Of a stretch of 64,000 bases of DNA, positions 38,590 to 53,764 are shown piece by piece. The position numbers were made by a program, and so were the translations under genes. The stretch is taken from positions 4,092,001-4,156,000 of the forward strand of contig NC_043017.1 in NCBI RefSeq assembly GCF_006345805.1, given 5' to 3'. Source of the DNA: Octopus sinensis. Taxonomy: Eukaryota. The first letter of the stretch is position 1. Each line of letters starts with the position of its first letter. The notes below the pieces were generated by a model. That model was given only the letters and a program-made list of their open reading frames with translations. It made no database searches and was not told where the DNA came from.

Positions 38590-39158
38590 AGGAGTTACTT
38601 GTACAGCATTGGCAGCTTATCATCAAAGGGATTAACTAGACCCATCTACTTGAACTTGCTGCAATAATCTGTCATTCAAGAGGACTTTGAAGATGTGGAG
38701 TTTTATTTCCAGCAAGATGGAGCACCACCACACTATCATAGTAACTGCAAGGGGCCACCTTGATGAGATTTTTCCAAACATGTGGACCGGACAAAAAAGT
38801 TCAGTAGAATACCCTCCACATTGATCAGATCTCGCACCATTAGACATTTTTATGGAGATGTTTAAAAGATGAAGTTTATATTATAAAACTGTCAATGGTC
38901 AATGAATTGAGGGTAGACCTTAAAAGCAAGTGAGTACAAGAGTACATGAGTACATGAAGAAACAACACATTTCTTGATGTCTGCGGTTCCATTGCTTCAT
39001 GTTCTTAGCAGAGCCTGGACCAGAACGGTCATCGGTTTGAAAACAAGCATTCATTAAAAAAATTTAATTTTGTGGATTTTAGTAAATTTTGAACACATTT
39101 TAATAAACACTGACTTTATAATCATTGAATGTGTGTGTATACGCTTTTTGGGACACCA
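38590..39158 (+). mobile_element. Decayed Tc1/mariner-superfamily transposase 3' half and terminal repeat
   Basis: EFYFQQDGAPPHYH...HLDEIFPNMWTGQKSSVEYPPH*SDLAPLD...LKDEVY matches QQDGAPPH / WPPRSPDL motifs, with frameshifts and stops; end ctttttgggacacc. Confidence 0.8.
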
Positions 39159-39255
39159 TGTGTCCCATATGAGCATATGTAAGCACACACACACACACAT
39201 ATACAGGCAGACAGATAAGCATACACATCTAAATATACATTCAAACACTTCTCTG

Positions 39256-39310
<55 letters not shown>

Positions 39311-41405
39311 TAATTATAATGACAATGAAAACAGAAGAAAGAAATGAAAAAAAAAATGCAATGAATCAGCTGAAATATAATTTTAAAAGAAGTAAAGCAG
39401 TCTGTAGTTTCTGGTTGGGTGAACAGGGAGAGAGAGCAACAGCAGTATAATGAATTCATTATCTTACCTGGCTCATTAGATGGCTCACCTGACAAGCTTA
39501 ACTGGGTCACCACTACACAGCACCATGAGCGAATAACAGAGGATTGACATGGAGATTTGATTTGCTAGAAATAACAGTGAAATTCATTCCGTAAATCACA
39601 CACCACCGTAGGGTCTTATTAAAAGAGAAGACATGTTGGATAGTGGTGTTCTGGATACACCACAGAGGTGAACTTGTGTGACATAGGGGGTTTGCTTGGG
39701 ACTCACGATCAGATAGTCAAGGGTTTGATTCCTTGACAAAGTGGTACCTTATTTCCACTCAACTAAAAATGAGCTGCATCTGCTGCTGATGAGCGGTCCG
39801 GTCCGAACCATGGTCCTTTGCTATTCGTAAGACCCACAGAAGAGAAAGCAGGTCAACCCCCGACACCAAGAGCATCAACAGATGGATGAATGCACATCCA
39901 GGCTCAGCGGTTGCGTAGGAAGTCAGGGACAAGAAACTGGAAGAAAGAGTGAGAGAAAGTTGGAGCGAAAGAGTACAACAGGGGTCGCCACCACCCCCTG
40001 CCGGAGCCTCGTGGAGCTTTAGGTGTTTTCACTCAATAAACACACACGACGCCCGGTCAGGGAATCGAAACCACGATCCTCCAACCGCGAGTCCACTGCC
40101 CTAACCATTGGGCCATTGCGCCTCCACTGCATCTGCTGCTGAGTGGCACCTCACAGATAATTAGTCCACAATCTAGCAAATGGCTACAACATATTGGATA
40201 ATGATGAGCCTCACTATATCTGAATATGAGGTTGGATGGTCATGGCTGAAATCACTTCTGATCAAAGGTCTTTTTGAATAGAGTTGACCTGAGGTTACAT
40301 AACCACCACAAGAGGAAAACATTGGATAGTCTACTCCTAAATATACTATGTCTAAAAAAATAAGATGGGATAGTCATGGCTGGAATACGTTTGATCATAT
40401 GTCTACTCAAACAGGATTAATCCAGAACTAAATGACAACAGAGGAGGACATATTGGATAAGATAGTTGCAGATCAGAGGTTTTCAACCAGGATCGATAAT
40501 GACCTGGGACTGGGGGGAGGGGGGCTGATAATATTTAGTTATAAAAATAAAATGGGCTTTTTTTCTTAAATATCAAATGGCTAAGGGGTCCAGTTGATTA
40601 AAATAGGAATTAAGGAGGTCCATAGGCAAAAAATCATTGAGAAGCATTGTTCTAGATTCATGCAGGATGATTACTCCTTTTACTCTTTTACTTGTTTCAG
40701 TCATGTGACTGTGGCCATGCTGGAGCACCGCCTTAAGTCGGGCAAATCGACCCCAGGACTTATTCTTTGTAAGCCTAGTACTTATTCTAATGGTCTCTTT
40801 TGCCGAACCGCTATCTCACGGGGACGTAAACACACCGGCATCGGTTGTCAAGCGATGTTGGGGGGACAAACACAGACACAAACATATACACATGCATACA
40901 TACATATATATTTATACATATATATATATATATACACGACGGGTTTTTTTCAGTTTCTGTCTACCAAATCCACTCACAAGGCTTTGGTCGGCCCGAGGCT
41001 ATAGTAGAAGACACTTGCCCAAGGTGCCATGCAGTGAGACTGAACCCAAAACCATGTGGTTCGTAAGCAACACAGACACAAGGATGTAATATTGGGCCAT
41101 GTAGTCCAATATATACAAAATGACAATATATAAAGTAACAAGCTACAAAAAAACACTAAATAGAGCTGATGTTTCTCCAGGGAATAACAACAGGGGATTC
41201 TCAGATGATGAAGAGTTTTCTGCCCAAAATATTAAACCTCCCTCCTTGCTCATGACAAAGTAACTTATACCACTTAGCAAACTATTTGTATTTTTACTAT
41301 TAGCTGATTTAGATCATTGCAACTTCTCTTTAAACCTACTGCTTCAATATAGAGGTATCGTCTTCTGGATGTTTTGTGTTCTTGTCCCATTTTATACTTT
41401 TATAT

Positions 41406-41457
<52 letters not shown>

Positions 41458-41496
41458 AATACATATATATACATATATACACCTATATAAATATTA

Positions 41497-41890
41497 ATCA
41501 TCATCATCATTTAGCGTCCGTTTTCCATGCTGGCATGGGTTGGATGGTGCAACTGGGGTCTGGGAAGCCAGAAGGCTGCACCAGGCCCAGTCTGATCTGG
41601 CAATGTTTCTACGGCTGGATGCCCTTCCTAACGCCAACCACTCCATGAGTGTAGTGGGTGCTTTTTACGTGCCACCAGCACAGGTGTCAGACGAGGCTGG
41701 CAAACGGCCATTATCGGATGGTGCTTTTTACGTGCCACCAGCACGGAGGCCAGGCGAGGCTGGCAAACGGCCACGATCGGATGGTGCTTTTTATGTGCCA
41801 CCGGCACGGAGGCCAGGCGAGGCTGGCAAACAGCCACGATCGGAGGCCAGGCGAGGCTGGCAAATGGCCACGATCGGATGGTGCTTTTTA
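41497..41890 (-). mobile_element. Retroposon family D with (GAT)n tail; further copies at about 27855-28115, 30063-30330, 47870-48165, 54370-54650(+), 59020-59320(+), 60635-60860, 62390-62580
   Basis: Shared gagtggttggcgttaggaagggcatccagc...aacccatgctagcatggaaagcggacgttaaacgatgatg, with a variable number of internal ggtggcacgtaaaaagcacc modules. Confidence 0.85.
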
Positions 41891-44800
41891 CATATGCATA
41901 TATATACACATAAATATACATAAAATTATATGCATACATACATATGTATGTATGCATTTATAGATATATATACATATATAACTACACACATATATATATA
42001 CATACACAATTTTATATATATATAAGTACATACATGCACATATCTATCTATATATATACATACATACACACACACACATATGCGTATATTAATAAATATA
42101 TATATATATACATATATAAACACAGACATAGGTAGAGCATTTTGCTTAACATGATATTCTCTACCCATTCTGCCAATCCATAAAAACAACTAAATGTCAG
42201 ATGGAGTGGACAGGATGAGAGAATCATGTCATCTGGATAAAGAGGGGCAACAATGAAGAGGAGGACAGTGTGTTAGTAGGTATGTGTGTGTGTGTGGTGT
42301 GTGCACATGTGTATGTATATGTGTGTAGTAGTAGTAGTAATAGTAGATAATGGTAAAATGGTAGAAAAGAGAAGATGAAGGTGTATGGAAGTGAAGAGAA
42401 GAGTAATCATGGTGGTGATGGTTAGAAGATTATGGTGATGCTGAAGATTATCATGGTGGTGGTGGTAGTAGTAATAGTGGTAGTGGTGTTGGCGGTGGTT
42501 GTGGTGGTGGTGATAGAGAGGGTCGCGGTGGCGGTAGCAGTTATGATAGCCGTTCCTAGTCATTTGATGAAGTAAACAAGAGATTGAATGGGGTGATAGA
42601 ATGGAAAGGAGGCTGCGGGGTAAGGGTATGGCATTAGCCAATGTGGAAATCTCAGATCATTATTTCATTTTTCTCCCCTTTTTTTTCAAAAGGTCATAAG
42701 ACTTGAGCAAAACGAAAAAAAAAAAAGAAAATAAGGGCTTCATCTAAATTGATACAGGCAATAAACACTGTTAGTATACCAACAGCAGTTAACCCTCTCA
42801 AAAGCAGTAAAACTAACAGAACCATCAGGATTAAATGGCTGTACAATGTGGCTACAACAGGCCACCTGCTAGAAATAGAAGCAAAATCTCTCTCAAACCC
42901 ATATCATTCCAACTTTCAGAAAATGGATAAGGGTTTGTAAATATTCTGGTGGATTCTCTATCATTTTTTATAATGACCATTCCGTAGTTTAATCAACTGA
43001 GTTCCCAATCAGATCATGTCTCACCTGTAATGTTCCATTTTTGGCATAGTTTCTATGGTTAGATGCCATTCCTAGCACCAATCCCTTCACAAGGATACAT
43101 TTTACTGGATACATTTTTCCATGGCACCATCACTAGTGATATTGCCTTGTCCCTTGCAAGTAGAGTCCTCTCTACCCAACGCTGTCTTTTCAAGGTAAAT
43201 GTGACCAAGAGTATAAATAAAACAGAGTGATGTCCCTGAAAGGTGAAAAGCAAAGTTGACCTCAGCAGGATTTGAACTCAGAGTGCAGAACGCCAAAACA
43301 ACTACTGCTAGATATTTTATTCCACACTCCAACAGTTCTGCCAATTCAATGCCTCGACCCCTTGGATACCAACCTGCCTAAAACCACCCCTACTTCTATG
43401 GTACAAACTTGATATTTTGAAGTGGCTGTGTGGTAAGAAGCTTGTTGCTCAATCACAGGGTTTCAGGTTCAATCCCACTGCGTGACACCTTGGGCATTGA
43501 TTACCACCACCACCACCAACAACAATAACATGGCACTATATTACACTCTTAAAACAATGATATTGCCATCAGTCTTTATATACTGCCCTCTAGTGGAGAA
43601 AGGTTTAGGGAGTCATAAAATTGTTTGCATAAATGCTTAATATTTTATGAGTATTTCAGCAGATTTCATTGCAGAGTAGAAGCCTGGATGAGAAAATAAG
43701 TGGATTAGGTGTCAGACTAGTATTTCAGTTATCTACCATCAATCAGCCACTAAATACAACACCGAGACAATATTTTCTTTGATCACACAAACCCCAGTGC
43801 TCTGAGGTGAGTTGTGTCAAAGATCAAGGACTAATCTGTACAATAAATTATTTCTAGTAAACACTTCCATACCTTTGAAAGGTTAAACACTTGAAAAAGT
43901 TCAAATATTTCTTCTATTTCTCTTACCATACAACTGGATAGTGGAGGAGGAGGTATGTGTGAGAAAATGAAATATATATGGTTACTGAAGCGAGAGAGAC
44001 CCACCCACAACTGTGTCAATGAAGAGCGAGTGCCAAGGTATGTATATACACATACGAAAATGTGTATAAGTCTGTGTCTGTAAGTGTTTATATTAATGTG
44101 CGTATGAGGTGTGTGTGTGTGTGTATATTCGTAATGTGGTCTCGAGTTTAAGCAATAAACTTCAACTACATCAATGTAGCCAAGAAGGCGAGACAATAAT
44201 ATAAATAATTAGCAACTTGTAACTTATTGACAATAACTTAAAACTGTAAGGGAGTGGAATGAGATTGTGCAACGGGTGAGGGCCTTTCTCAAGCGTAAAC
44301 AATATATCATGGGTACTGAAATAAATTGGCCACAACAAGCTGGGTTGGTTGAAAGAACTGGCAATGCAGACATCACCCATACTTGGGTGGCACCGTGGGT
44401 GGAAGACGAAAATAAAACAATCACTGTATTCCTATCTTTTACTTGTTCTTCAGCCATTGCACTGTGGCCATTCTGGGGCACCGTCTTGAAGTGTTTAGTC
44501 AAACAAATCATCTCCAGTACTTATTTTTTTCAAAGTCTAGTACCTATTCTATCAGCCTCTTTCGCCAAACTGCGAAACTCTTTCGCCAAACTGCCAAACT
44601 GTTTATAGGGACATAAACAAACAAACACTGGTTGTTGAGCAGTGAGAGGAAGGGGACAAACATAAAGATACACACACACACACACACACATATCTAATAG
44701 GCGTCTACAGTTTTCATCCACCAAATTTACTCAGAGGGTATTAGTCAGCCCAGGGCTATAGTAGAAAACACTTGCCCAAGGTGGTATGCAGTGGGACTGA

Positions 44801-46648
44801 ACCCCAAATCCCATAGCTGCAAAGCAAGCTTCTTAACCAAACAGCCACATATAATAAATTGTGATAATACCTTTCTTTTACGTTTCCTGACTTTACTCCT
44901 AATGAAAACTTTTAAGGGCACCAGCAATCCAAGAACCAAACCTGTCAAAAAGTACTGAAATGCTCCCTATGGATTCCTAACTTGAAATCTTACTCCATGG
45001 TTTCTAGATAGTGTCTATACAGTCACTTGATCTTTTAAGAAATAGCAGCCAAATTTCCCTCAAATCTCACCCTACCATTTTAAACAAAGAAAGGTTTATT
45101 AAGCAGTGTAATACCCAATATACAAAATGTCAAGATGATCATGGTTGAAACAGCTTTGATCATGGAACTACCCATTCATAATAGCTAACTCAGGGCTAAA
45201 CATCATCATCACCACCACCACCACCATCCTTTAACAGCTGTTTTTCATGCTAGCATGGGTTGGACGGTTTGACTAGAGCTGGGAAGCTGCACTAGGTTCC
45301 AGTCTGATTTTTACTTGGTTTCTATGGCTTGAATCCTTTCCTAATACCAACCACTTTACAGCATGTGCTGGGTACTTTTAACGAACCACCGACAAGAGTG
45401 CATTTTATGTGGCATCAGCACAGGACTCTTCGATTGTAATTTTAGGAAAATTTCGTCTCTATTTCTAGTAGGTTAAGTGACCTTCTATAAAGTCTACAAG
45501 CTCCTTTCCCTTAGCCTATGCAACTGTCTGTTAGAGTGGTACATGTAATATGAGGGGTGGAACTCTGACAAAAGTCTATCACCATTTATAACCCAGTGAA
45601 TTAAGCCCACCTGCCTACCTTGCAATAGCGCTGATAGCATATCATTTGCTGGCAGGTCCACTCTACACCCACTGATGGCTAGCAGGGATTGAAGTGGTAA
45701 CAGTAAACTCATGATTTACAATTTCCATTGCCTTTAGCCCCTACTAACCTCTGAAGGCTCTGCCAAAAACAGGTCATGGATGCTGCCCCTCCACTTCTCT
45801 CTAAACCATAAATAGCATAGAAACCAAGAAAACAGGTAGTGGAAAGGTTCTTAAAAAAATGTGCCCTCACCCCCTTTTCCTGTATCAGGTTTATGTTGGC
45901 TCCCATCCCTTGGTAAGAGGGAAGAGGAGCAAGAAGTGGGTTAAGGAAGAATTAAAAGATTGGTTTGCAAGGGAGCATGAGATGTATTACCTGTTCTTTG
46001 TCTCTTCTCTGCGCAGACATAAAATATGTGCCTTGGCTACAGAAAGGAAAGGAGGTGGGACTGATTCCAAAACAGGGACTACCCCCAACTATAGGGTCAC
46101 ATTGTGAGAACCTCTATGTAGTCACTTAAGCCTGTTAAAAACAGCAACCAAATCTCTTTCCCTTGACACCATGTTGTATTAAATAAGAAAGGGGTGCCTT
46201 AGACAATGTAGTCCTAAATACCACTAGGATATGAAATGGTTGCTACTGGCAAGCTGGTGAATATAGGTAACCTAGGGTTAAAAACAACCACATCCCTTTT
46301 CCCAAACAAAATAACGTCCTTGTTCCCTTGTTGTATGATGTAATGATATATATATATTTAAAGAGATTGTATTGTCAGCGAAAGTTTTAGTCACTTTGGA
46401 TGGAAGGCAGGGAGGAAGGAAGTTTGGTTGATAGGTAGGTAGGTAAGTCTATACACAGGTAGGTAAGTAGGTGTCACTCACCCCCCCCCCCCGGGAAGGG
46501 TTTCACATTTCACCAGTGTCCTGCACTCTGTGGCGTGGCAGCGTGCATTTTAATTTATGGAACCCTTGTTTTGGGAATGTGTGTATGCATGCGTGTGTGT
46601 GTGTATTTAACCATGAGAAAAATTAGGTAAACAGGTATATATACACAC

Positions 46649-46681
<33 letters not shown>

Positions 46682-47806
46682 CATACATATATACATACAT
46701 ACACATGATAATAAATGTGCTCCTTCTCTCTCTCTCTGTCTCTTTCTCACGCACACACACATACACACACTATTACAACTGCTCTCCCTTAGACTTGCTG
46801 CTTACACCTGTGTTGTGGGTAGGGAGGTACGGAGGCTTAGGGGGCAGAAGGTTTTATAGCTGTGACCTCACTGATACCACCACCACCACTACAAACAAAA
46901 CAGCAACAATATATCCATACACACACACACGTGTGTCTATTACATATATGCATATATATGTGTGTGTGTGTATATATATATATATATACACACACACAGA
47001 TATATCAATGGACAGAGAGAGAGAGAGAGAGAGAGAGAAGGAGAGTAATTTTCTTTAAGGTGTTTGGTTTTCTTTAGCGTTTTCTCTCTCTCTCTCTCTC
47101 TCTGTGCAGTGGGTGTGCCACGTGTGTGGGTGTGAAATTAGAATGTTGCTATTCTGCATTCCGGGCCTTCACACTACCACGGCCACCAGTACCAGTACAA
47201 CCACCCCCTGCCCCACACACACTACCTTCCCTGGTTCTGTTATAGATAGTACGTCACCACCACCTCTTCTACTACTACTACTAGTACTATTACTGTATTA
47301 TATAAGTTTAACTTTGTGTGTGTGAAGGAATATTTTCGTATATATATATATATATATATATATCATCATCATCGTTTAACGTCCGTTCTCCATGCTAGCA
47401 TGGGTTGGACAGTTCGACCGGGGTCTGGGAAGCCAGGAGGCTGCACCAGGCTCCAGTCTTATCTGGCAATGTTTCTACAGCTGGATGCCCTTCCTATATA
47501 TATGTATATATATATATATGGACACATGTAAAATGTACATGTACCCACACACACACATATGCACACTTAGTTATTGGACTGTACGGCCATGCTGGGGCAC
47601 TGACTTGAAGGGTTCAGATGAACAAGTCAACCCCAGTACTTATTCTTTTTAGAGCTAGGTACATTTATTCTGTGGGCCACTTTTGCCGAACCACTAAGTT
47701 ACAGAGGCATAACACATACACACACTGGTACAGATGTAGCTGTGTGGTTGAGAAACCTGCTTCTCAATTACACGTTCTGGTGTTCAATCCCAGTGCATGT
47801 TCAATG

Positions 47807-47847
47807 GCAGTGGTTCCCAACCATTTTTTTTACATATGAATCCGTTT

Positions 47848-47878
<31 letters not shown>

Positions 47879-48454
47879 GTTTAACGTCCGTTTTCCGCGC
47901 AAGCACGGGTTGGACGGTTCGACCGGGGTCTGGGAAGCCAGGGGCAGCACCAGGCTCCAGTCTGATCAGGCAGTGTTTCTACGGCTGGATGCCCTTCCTA
48001 ACGCCAACCACTCCGCGAGTGTAGTGGGTGCTTTTTACGTGCCACCTGCACAGGTGCCAGAGGGGTCTGGCATCGGCCACGATTGGTTGGTGCTTTTAAC
48101 TTGCCACCGGCATGGAAGCCAGCCAAGGCAGCGCTGGCATCGGCCACATTCAGATGGTGCTTTTGTGGACCTTCCCTCCCATAGCCATTTCATGTTTACA
48201 AACTAATTTTGTATAGGTTTGCAATAACATACTTTGAGAGAACATGTTTCAATGATTGGAGACATGTTAAAATATGCAAAACTTTAGAGAAAGAAACCCA
48301 GCTGTTTCTTGCATTGAATACATCTAAAGCAAAACTTTTTCATGCAGCCTTCAAATAGTAGTGAGGATCCTTGATTTACTGTTTTGCTTATGTGGACACC
48401 CCAAAATCTTATATGGGCCTCCAGTGACCATATGGACCCCAGCTGAAAACCACT
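47807..48454. mobile_element. hAT-type MITE interrupted by a family-D retroposon
   Basis: Ends cagtggttcccaacc and gctgaaaaccactg; TSD is not clean. Confidence 0.55.
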
Positions 48455-48521
48455 GTGTCTATGGTATCCCTGAACAGACCAAAGTCTTGTGAATGGATTT
48501 GGTAGACAGAGACTGAATGTT

Positions 48522-48556
<35 letters not shown>

Positions 48557-49763
48557 CTTTCTCAAGACATCACATGATGGTTGTAAAAGAGCATCACTGT
48601 CATATAAGCGGTGTTGTTCATTTCCAGCTTTCTGTGAAAAACATGTCTGCTGTCCATGGGGAAATATTAGCTTGCTCAGAAAAAGGGGAGGGTTGGCAAC
48701 AGGAAGAAGGGCGTCTAGCTGTAGACTATCTGCCTCAACAAAAATCTGTCTATCCCAAGCAAGGAAAAGTGGAAGCTAAATGATGATGATATATAAATGG
48801 GTAAAGACCCCCTTCGGTCATGAACGACCATGAGATTGCACCTAGAAAGTCCCCTTCTGAGGCACAAGTCTGGGCATAGTTGTTTATGCAAGACCAGCAG
48901 TCGCCCATGCATACCAGCCTCTCCTCTCCATGTCATCGATGTTTTCCTAGGGAAAGGCAAGGGGCCGATACAGCTTGGCACCAGTGATGCTGCAACTCAT
49001 TTCTACAGCTGAGTGAACTGGAGCAACGTAAATAAAGTGTCTTGCTCAAGAACACAACACACAGCCCAGTCCAGGAATCAAACTCACTACCTCATGATTG
49101 TGAGCCCGATGCTCTAACCATTGAGCCATGCGCCTTCACTACTATCTTTCTGTCTGTCTGTCTGTCTGTCTATCTACCTATCTGTCTGTCTGTGTATCTA
49201 TTTATTGGTCTGTATCTGTCTATCTCTCTCCTCTCTTTCTTTCTATCTACTTCTCTCTCTCTCTCTATCTACCCATTTATCCATCCATCCACCTATCTAT
49301 TTGTCTCTCTCTCTCTCTCTCTCTCTGTGTATTCAATGAGAAATGACACGTTTCTGTAAAGTAGCTGAGTCAGTGATAAGTACAGCCATGGGATTCATGA
49401 GATTGATTTTGAAGTACATTGGTTTTGCATTAATGATCAAATCATAGAAGTACGTCAGAACTTTTTGGACTTTTTATTCTTGACTGTACTATTAAGAAAT
49501 AGCTATAAAAGTGAGTGTAAAATGTTTTTGTGTTACATATTAAATGGGTAAAATGACTGTGTTTTCTTTTTTACTGTGCAAATTGCCTCATATTAAAAGA
49601 CACAGTCTAAAACCTAGTTACTTGTCAAACAAGTACTACTCCAAAATATATATATCAGAATATCATCATCATTAACAATCATCATCATCATTTAACACCC
49701 ATGTTTTATGCTGGCATGGATTGATATATAATATATGATATTCATTCATTTATTCATCTTTAA

Positions 49764-50186
49764 CCCTTTCGTGACCAACCCAGCTGAAACCGGCTCTAGC
49801 TCTGTAGTACAAATGTCTTGTTTTCATAAATTTGGAATTAAAATCTTCCACCAAACCTTAGTCACAATTTATGTTCCTAACACTAGCTGAATGATGACTA
49901 AGTTATTTTACTAATTTCCTTGTTATATTTAACCCTTTAGTATTTAAACCAGCCATATCCGGCCAAAATATTTAATCTGTTTTATGTTCAAACTGACCAG
50001 ATCCAGGCTCTCACACCTACCCTACAATGTTATTCTACATTAAGTAATTACACCATCAAGATCTTGAAGATATGAGAGAATGCATGATTAATTCAAATCA
50101 ATGGGAATCAATAAGCATTATGTTTGATAGAATAATCTGAACACTGAAGGGTTAAAGTAATTGAAAGAAACAATGTAATGAAAGGG
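49764..50186. mobile_element. TTAA-specific (piggyBac-type) MITE with a second TTAA MITE (49933-50151) inserted at an internal TTAA
   Basis: Both elements have the form TTAA-CCCTTT...AGGG-TTAA. The inner element duplicates the TTAA of the host; the uninterrupted host motif is seen near 13660. Confidence 0.75.
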
Positions 50187-51352
50187 TTAAGCCATACTGC
50201 ACCTACAGTGTGTATGGACATTTCCCAACAAAATATTTTGAGTAATGATACACTTCAGGTTAAGTAAAGAAAGCTAAATCTAATTTGAATGAACATTTCC
50301 TTACCTGATAAATATTTATGTGTTTTTAGCCACGCATTTTTCCACTAAGTAAGTAATCCAGGTATGTAGTACCTAAAATGTACCTTGAAAGGAGAGCAAG
50401 TTTCCTGTTGCACTCAAGCACAAAGGGGTCACATCCTCCCACAGTTTTACAAATTAATACATAATAAAGTAACACAAATTAATTCAGCAAGGATCTACTT
50501 GTATCCCTTTTTTAATAAATGCCTCCTTCAACTAACACATTCATACACACACACACCAAATAAAAGTGCTGTGAAATGTGACACAAAACCAAAGATCAGG
50601 GTCAGTGGAGGGCTCCTCATTCCAACCCAATAGCGAATGTAGTACAATGTGGGGTATTAGCCCCAGTATAGGCTAGTGTGTGGATATCAACCCCGTTTTC
50701 TGTATGTTACTATTTACATGCACATAGTCTGCTTGTGTGTGTGTGTGTGTCTGTGTCTGTGTGTGTGTGTGTGCGCACCTTAAAGAGTGGCAACTATAAA
50801 GGAACCAAACTACTTGATCAGGTTATGAAGATCACCAAGAGTCACAGAACAACTGATCCATGACATAGTAGACCCAGATGAGATATGGTTTGGCTTCGTG
50901 CCCGGATGGGGTACCATGGATGCAATCTCCCTTGAGAAACAACTGCAGTATTTCTCTGGGTGTTTTATGTTACTGACTTCAAAAGATTGAACAGTAAACT
51001 TGACCTCAGCAGGACATGAACTCAGAATGTAAAGAACTGGAACAAATTCTACAAAGCATTTTTCCAGTGCTCTAACAATTCTGCAAGCTTGCTGCTTACC
51101 AATAATAATAATAATTAATAATAATAATGGTTTCAAATTTTGCTACAAGGGTAGCAATTTGGGGAGAGGGGATTAGTTGATCACATTGACCCCAGTGTTC
51201 AACTGGTACTTAATTTATTGACCCCCAAAAGGATGAAAGGCAAAGTCGATCTTGGTGGAATTTGAACTCTGAACATAGTCACAAAAGAAATACCACTAAG
51301 CATTTCATCCAGCGTGCTAACAATTCTGCAAGCTTGCTACTTTAACAATAAT

Positions 51353-51718
51353 AACAAGAGCACTCAGAGAGCGCAAACCTTCGCCAAGGCAACACCAACA
51401 TCCTCTCAACAATTAGCCGGAGATGATTTTTGAAATGAGATCTGAAATGAACTTGACTGCTCTGACAAACGAGAATACTAAAAATGAACCCGAGTGCTCT
51501 CAAAAATTAAGTAAAAAAAAAAACAGGGAAAATAATCCAGAATCCTTGTTTGGTACCGGAGTGATCCCAAAATCTAATTAGTTTGTGCTAGTTACAAGAT
51601 CAAGCGTCCCTGAAAGTTTCATCTCATTCCATCCAGTGGTTCTCGAGATATCTTGGCCACGAACAAACAAACAAACATGACTGAAAACAATACCTCTGCC
51701 TTTGCTAAAGCAGAAGTA
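51353..51718 (+). mobile_element. Helentron-associated (HINE/DINE-like) non-autonomous element
   Basis: 5' aacaagagcactcagagagcgcaaaccttcgccaaggc and 3' hairpin tctgcctttgctaaagcaga with an imperfect subterminal inverted repeat; (CAAA)n near the 3' end. Confidence 0.5.
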
Positions 51719-51923
51719 ATAATAATCCTTTCTCCTAAAGGCACAAGGCCTGAAATTTGGCAGGAAGAGACTAGTCAATTACATCAACCCAAGTGTTTCA
51801 CTGGTACTTAATTTATTGACCTGAGAGGATGAAAGGCAAAGTTGACCTCAGCAGAATTTGAACTCAGAACATAAAGACAGACAAAATGCCGTGGTGTGCT
51901 ATCAATTCTGCCAGCGCACCACC

Positions 51924-51957
<34 letters not shown>

Positions 51958-52739
51958 GTAGGAGTAGTAGTAGTAGTAGTAGTTGTAGTATAGCATTAAT
52001 TGGTTCAGCTAGCAATTTGTTCCAGTAAGAATATAAAAGTTCAATGAAGCCAAAGAAAAATATACAAATGCTTATAAAATATATATATTTTTTTTAAATG
52101 GCGATTCAAATAAAATCAAAAACTTATAAAAGATGCACTTAAACGTGTTAAAATAATATCTTTACAAGGTAAAAAAAACATAAAAGATATGTAACAAAGG
52201 ACAGTTTATCCCAACAACATACATGAGAGTGCGTGTGTGTGGGATGTCCTATTACCGGCGGGGGAAGGGTCTTGTGAAGCTTAAATCAACAACCATGAAC
52301 ATTTACAAAGATAAAATAAGATGATAGCATGTCAAGCTATACATTTCTGTTTTCTCAGAAGTGAACTAAAGGAAACAATTCGATTGGGCAAACGGTATGA
52401 ATTTAAATAGTCTTCAAAGTTTAGAAAACCTAATTTGCATTCAAATAAAAAAAAAGAAATTTCTTTCAAAATTCTTTTGTATAAATACTTCTTTCCATTT
52501 GCATTGTGTATTTTAGTTTTCTTTTAAACCTCTTCATAATAACCTCCCCGAGACCAATCCAGGTTGCATCATATAAAGTACCTGCTTTAGAGTAACCTCA
52601 ATCAAAAATTAAGACATTTCCTGCAAAATTTCATGTTGAATTGCTTCAAGCACCTGCTTAACAAGAACCATGTTATTTTAATAAATTGTTAATTATTTTC
52701 AAAATTAATTGAAATAAAGGCAAAGGTGATAAAAGAATT

Positions 52740-52813
<74 letters not shown>

Positions 52814-53720
52814 TATATGTGGGAAGGGATTCATGCACATTTTATTCTTATATTGGTCTCAAATTTTGGCACAAGGTCAATGATGCCAGAGCTCAAATGG
52901 CACTTATTTTATCAGCCCTGGACTACAGCCATATGGGATACTGCATTCAGAGATTTTTAGACAATCACATCAACCCAACTATTTATTTTATTCATTACTA
53001 ATTTTAAAATGCCTAAGCACTAATTTGACATAAAACAGACACAATCCATTTTACACAAACACAGGCAGAAAAACTCATACAACACACACACACATATATA
53101 TATTTCTTTATTGTTCACAGAGGGCTAAACATAGAGGGGACAAACATAGATAGACAAAGGGATTAAGTCGACTACATCGACCCCAGTGCATAACAGGTAT
53201 TTATTTAATCAACCCTGAAAGGCTGAAAGGCATAGTCGACCTCGGCAGAATTTGAACTCAGAACATAACAGCAGACAAAATACCTATTTCTTTACTACCC
53301 ACAAGGAGCTAAACACAGAGAGGACAAACAAGGACAGACAAACAAGGACAGACAAACGGATTAAGTCGATTATATCTTTTAGTGAGGAATCAATCCGTAT
53401 TATCTCCATTTTTCCAACAGTATTCATTTTGAGGGATTAATATACTATACTTAAATGCATTCACTTAGACTAGCAATACTCCAAATATTGCATAGATAAT
53501 TCATACATATACACGTATTAGCAATAGATATTCCTCAAATAATTAATTTTATAACACAAATTAAATGAATAAATAATCCAACATTCTAATATCCGAAAGT
53601 TGATGAACAAACTAAATTTGTTTCACCATTTTCCTATTTGTATTATATATAAATATATATATATATATATGCACAAATATGCACACACCTACATATATAT
53701 TTATATGTAAATTCACACAT

Positions 53721-53764
<44 letters not shown>

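Noticed and set aside
39785-39815. Additional hammerhead at CTGATGAGCGG
   Set aside because: No GAAA core or compatible stems; it lies at the end of a SINE copy.
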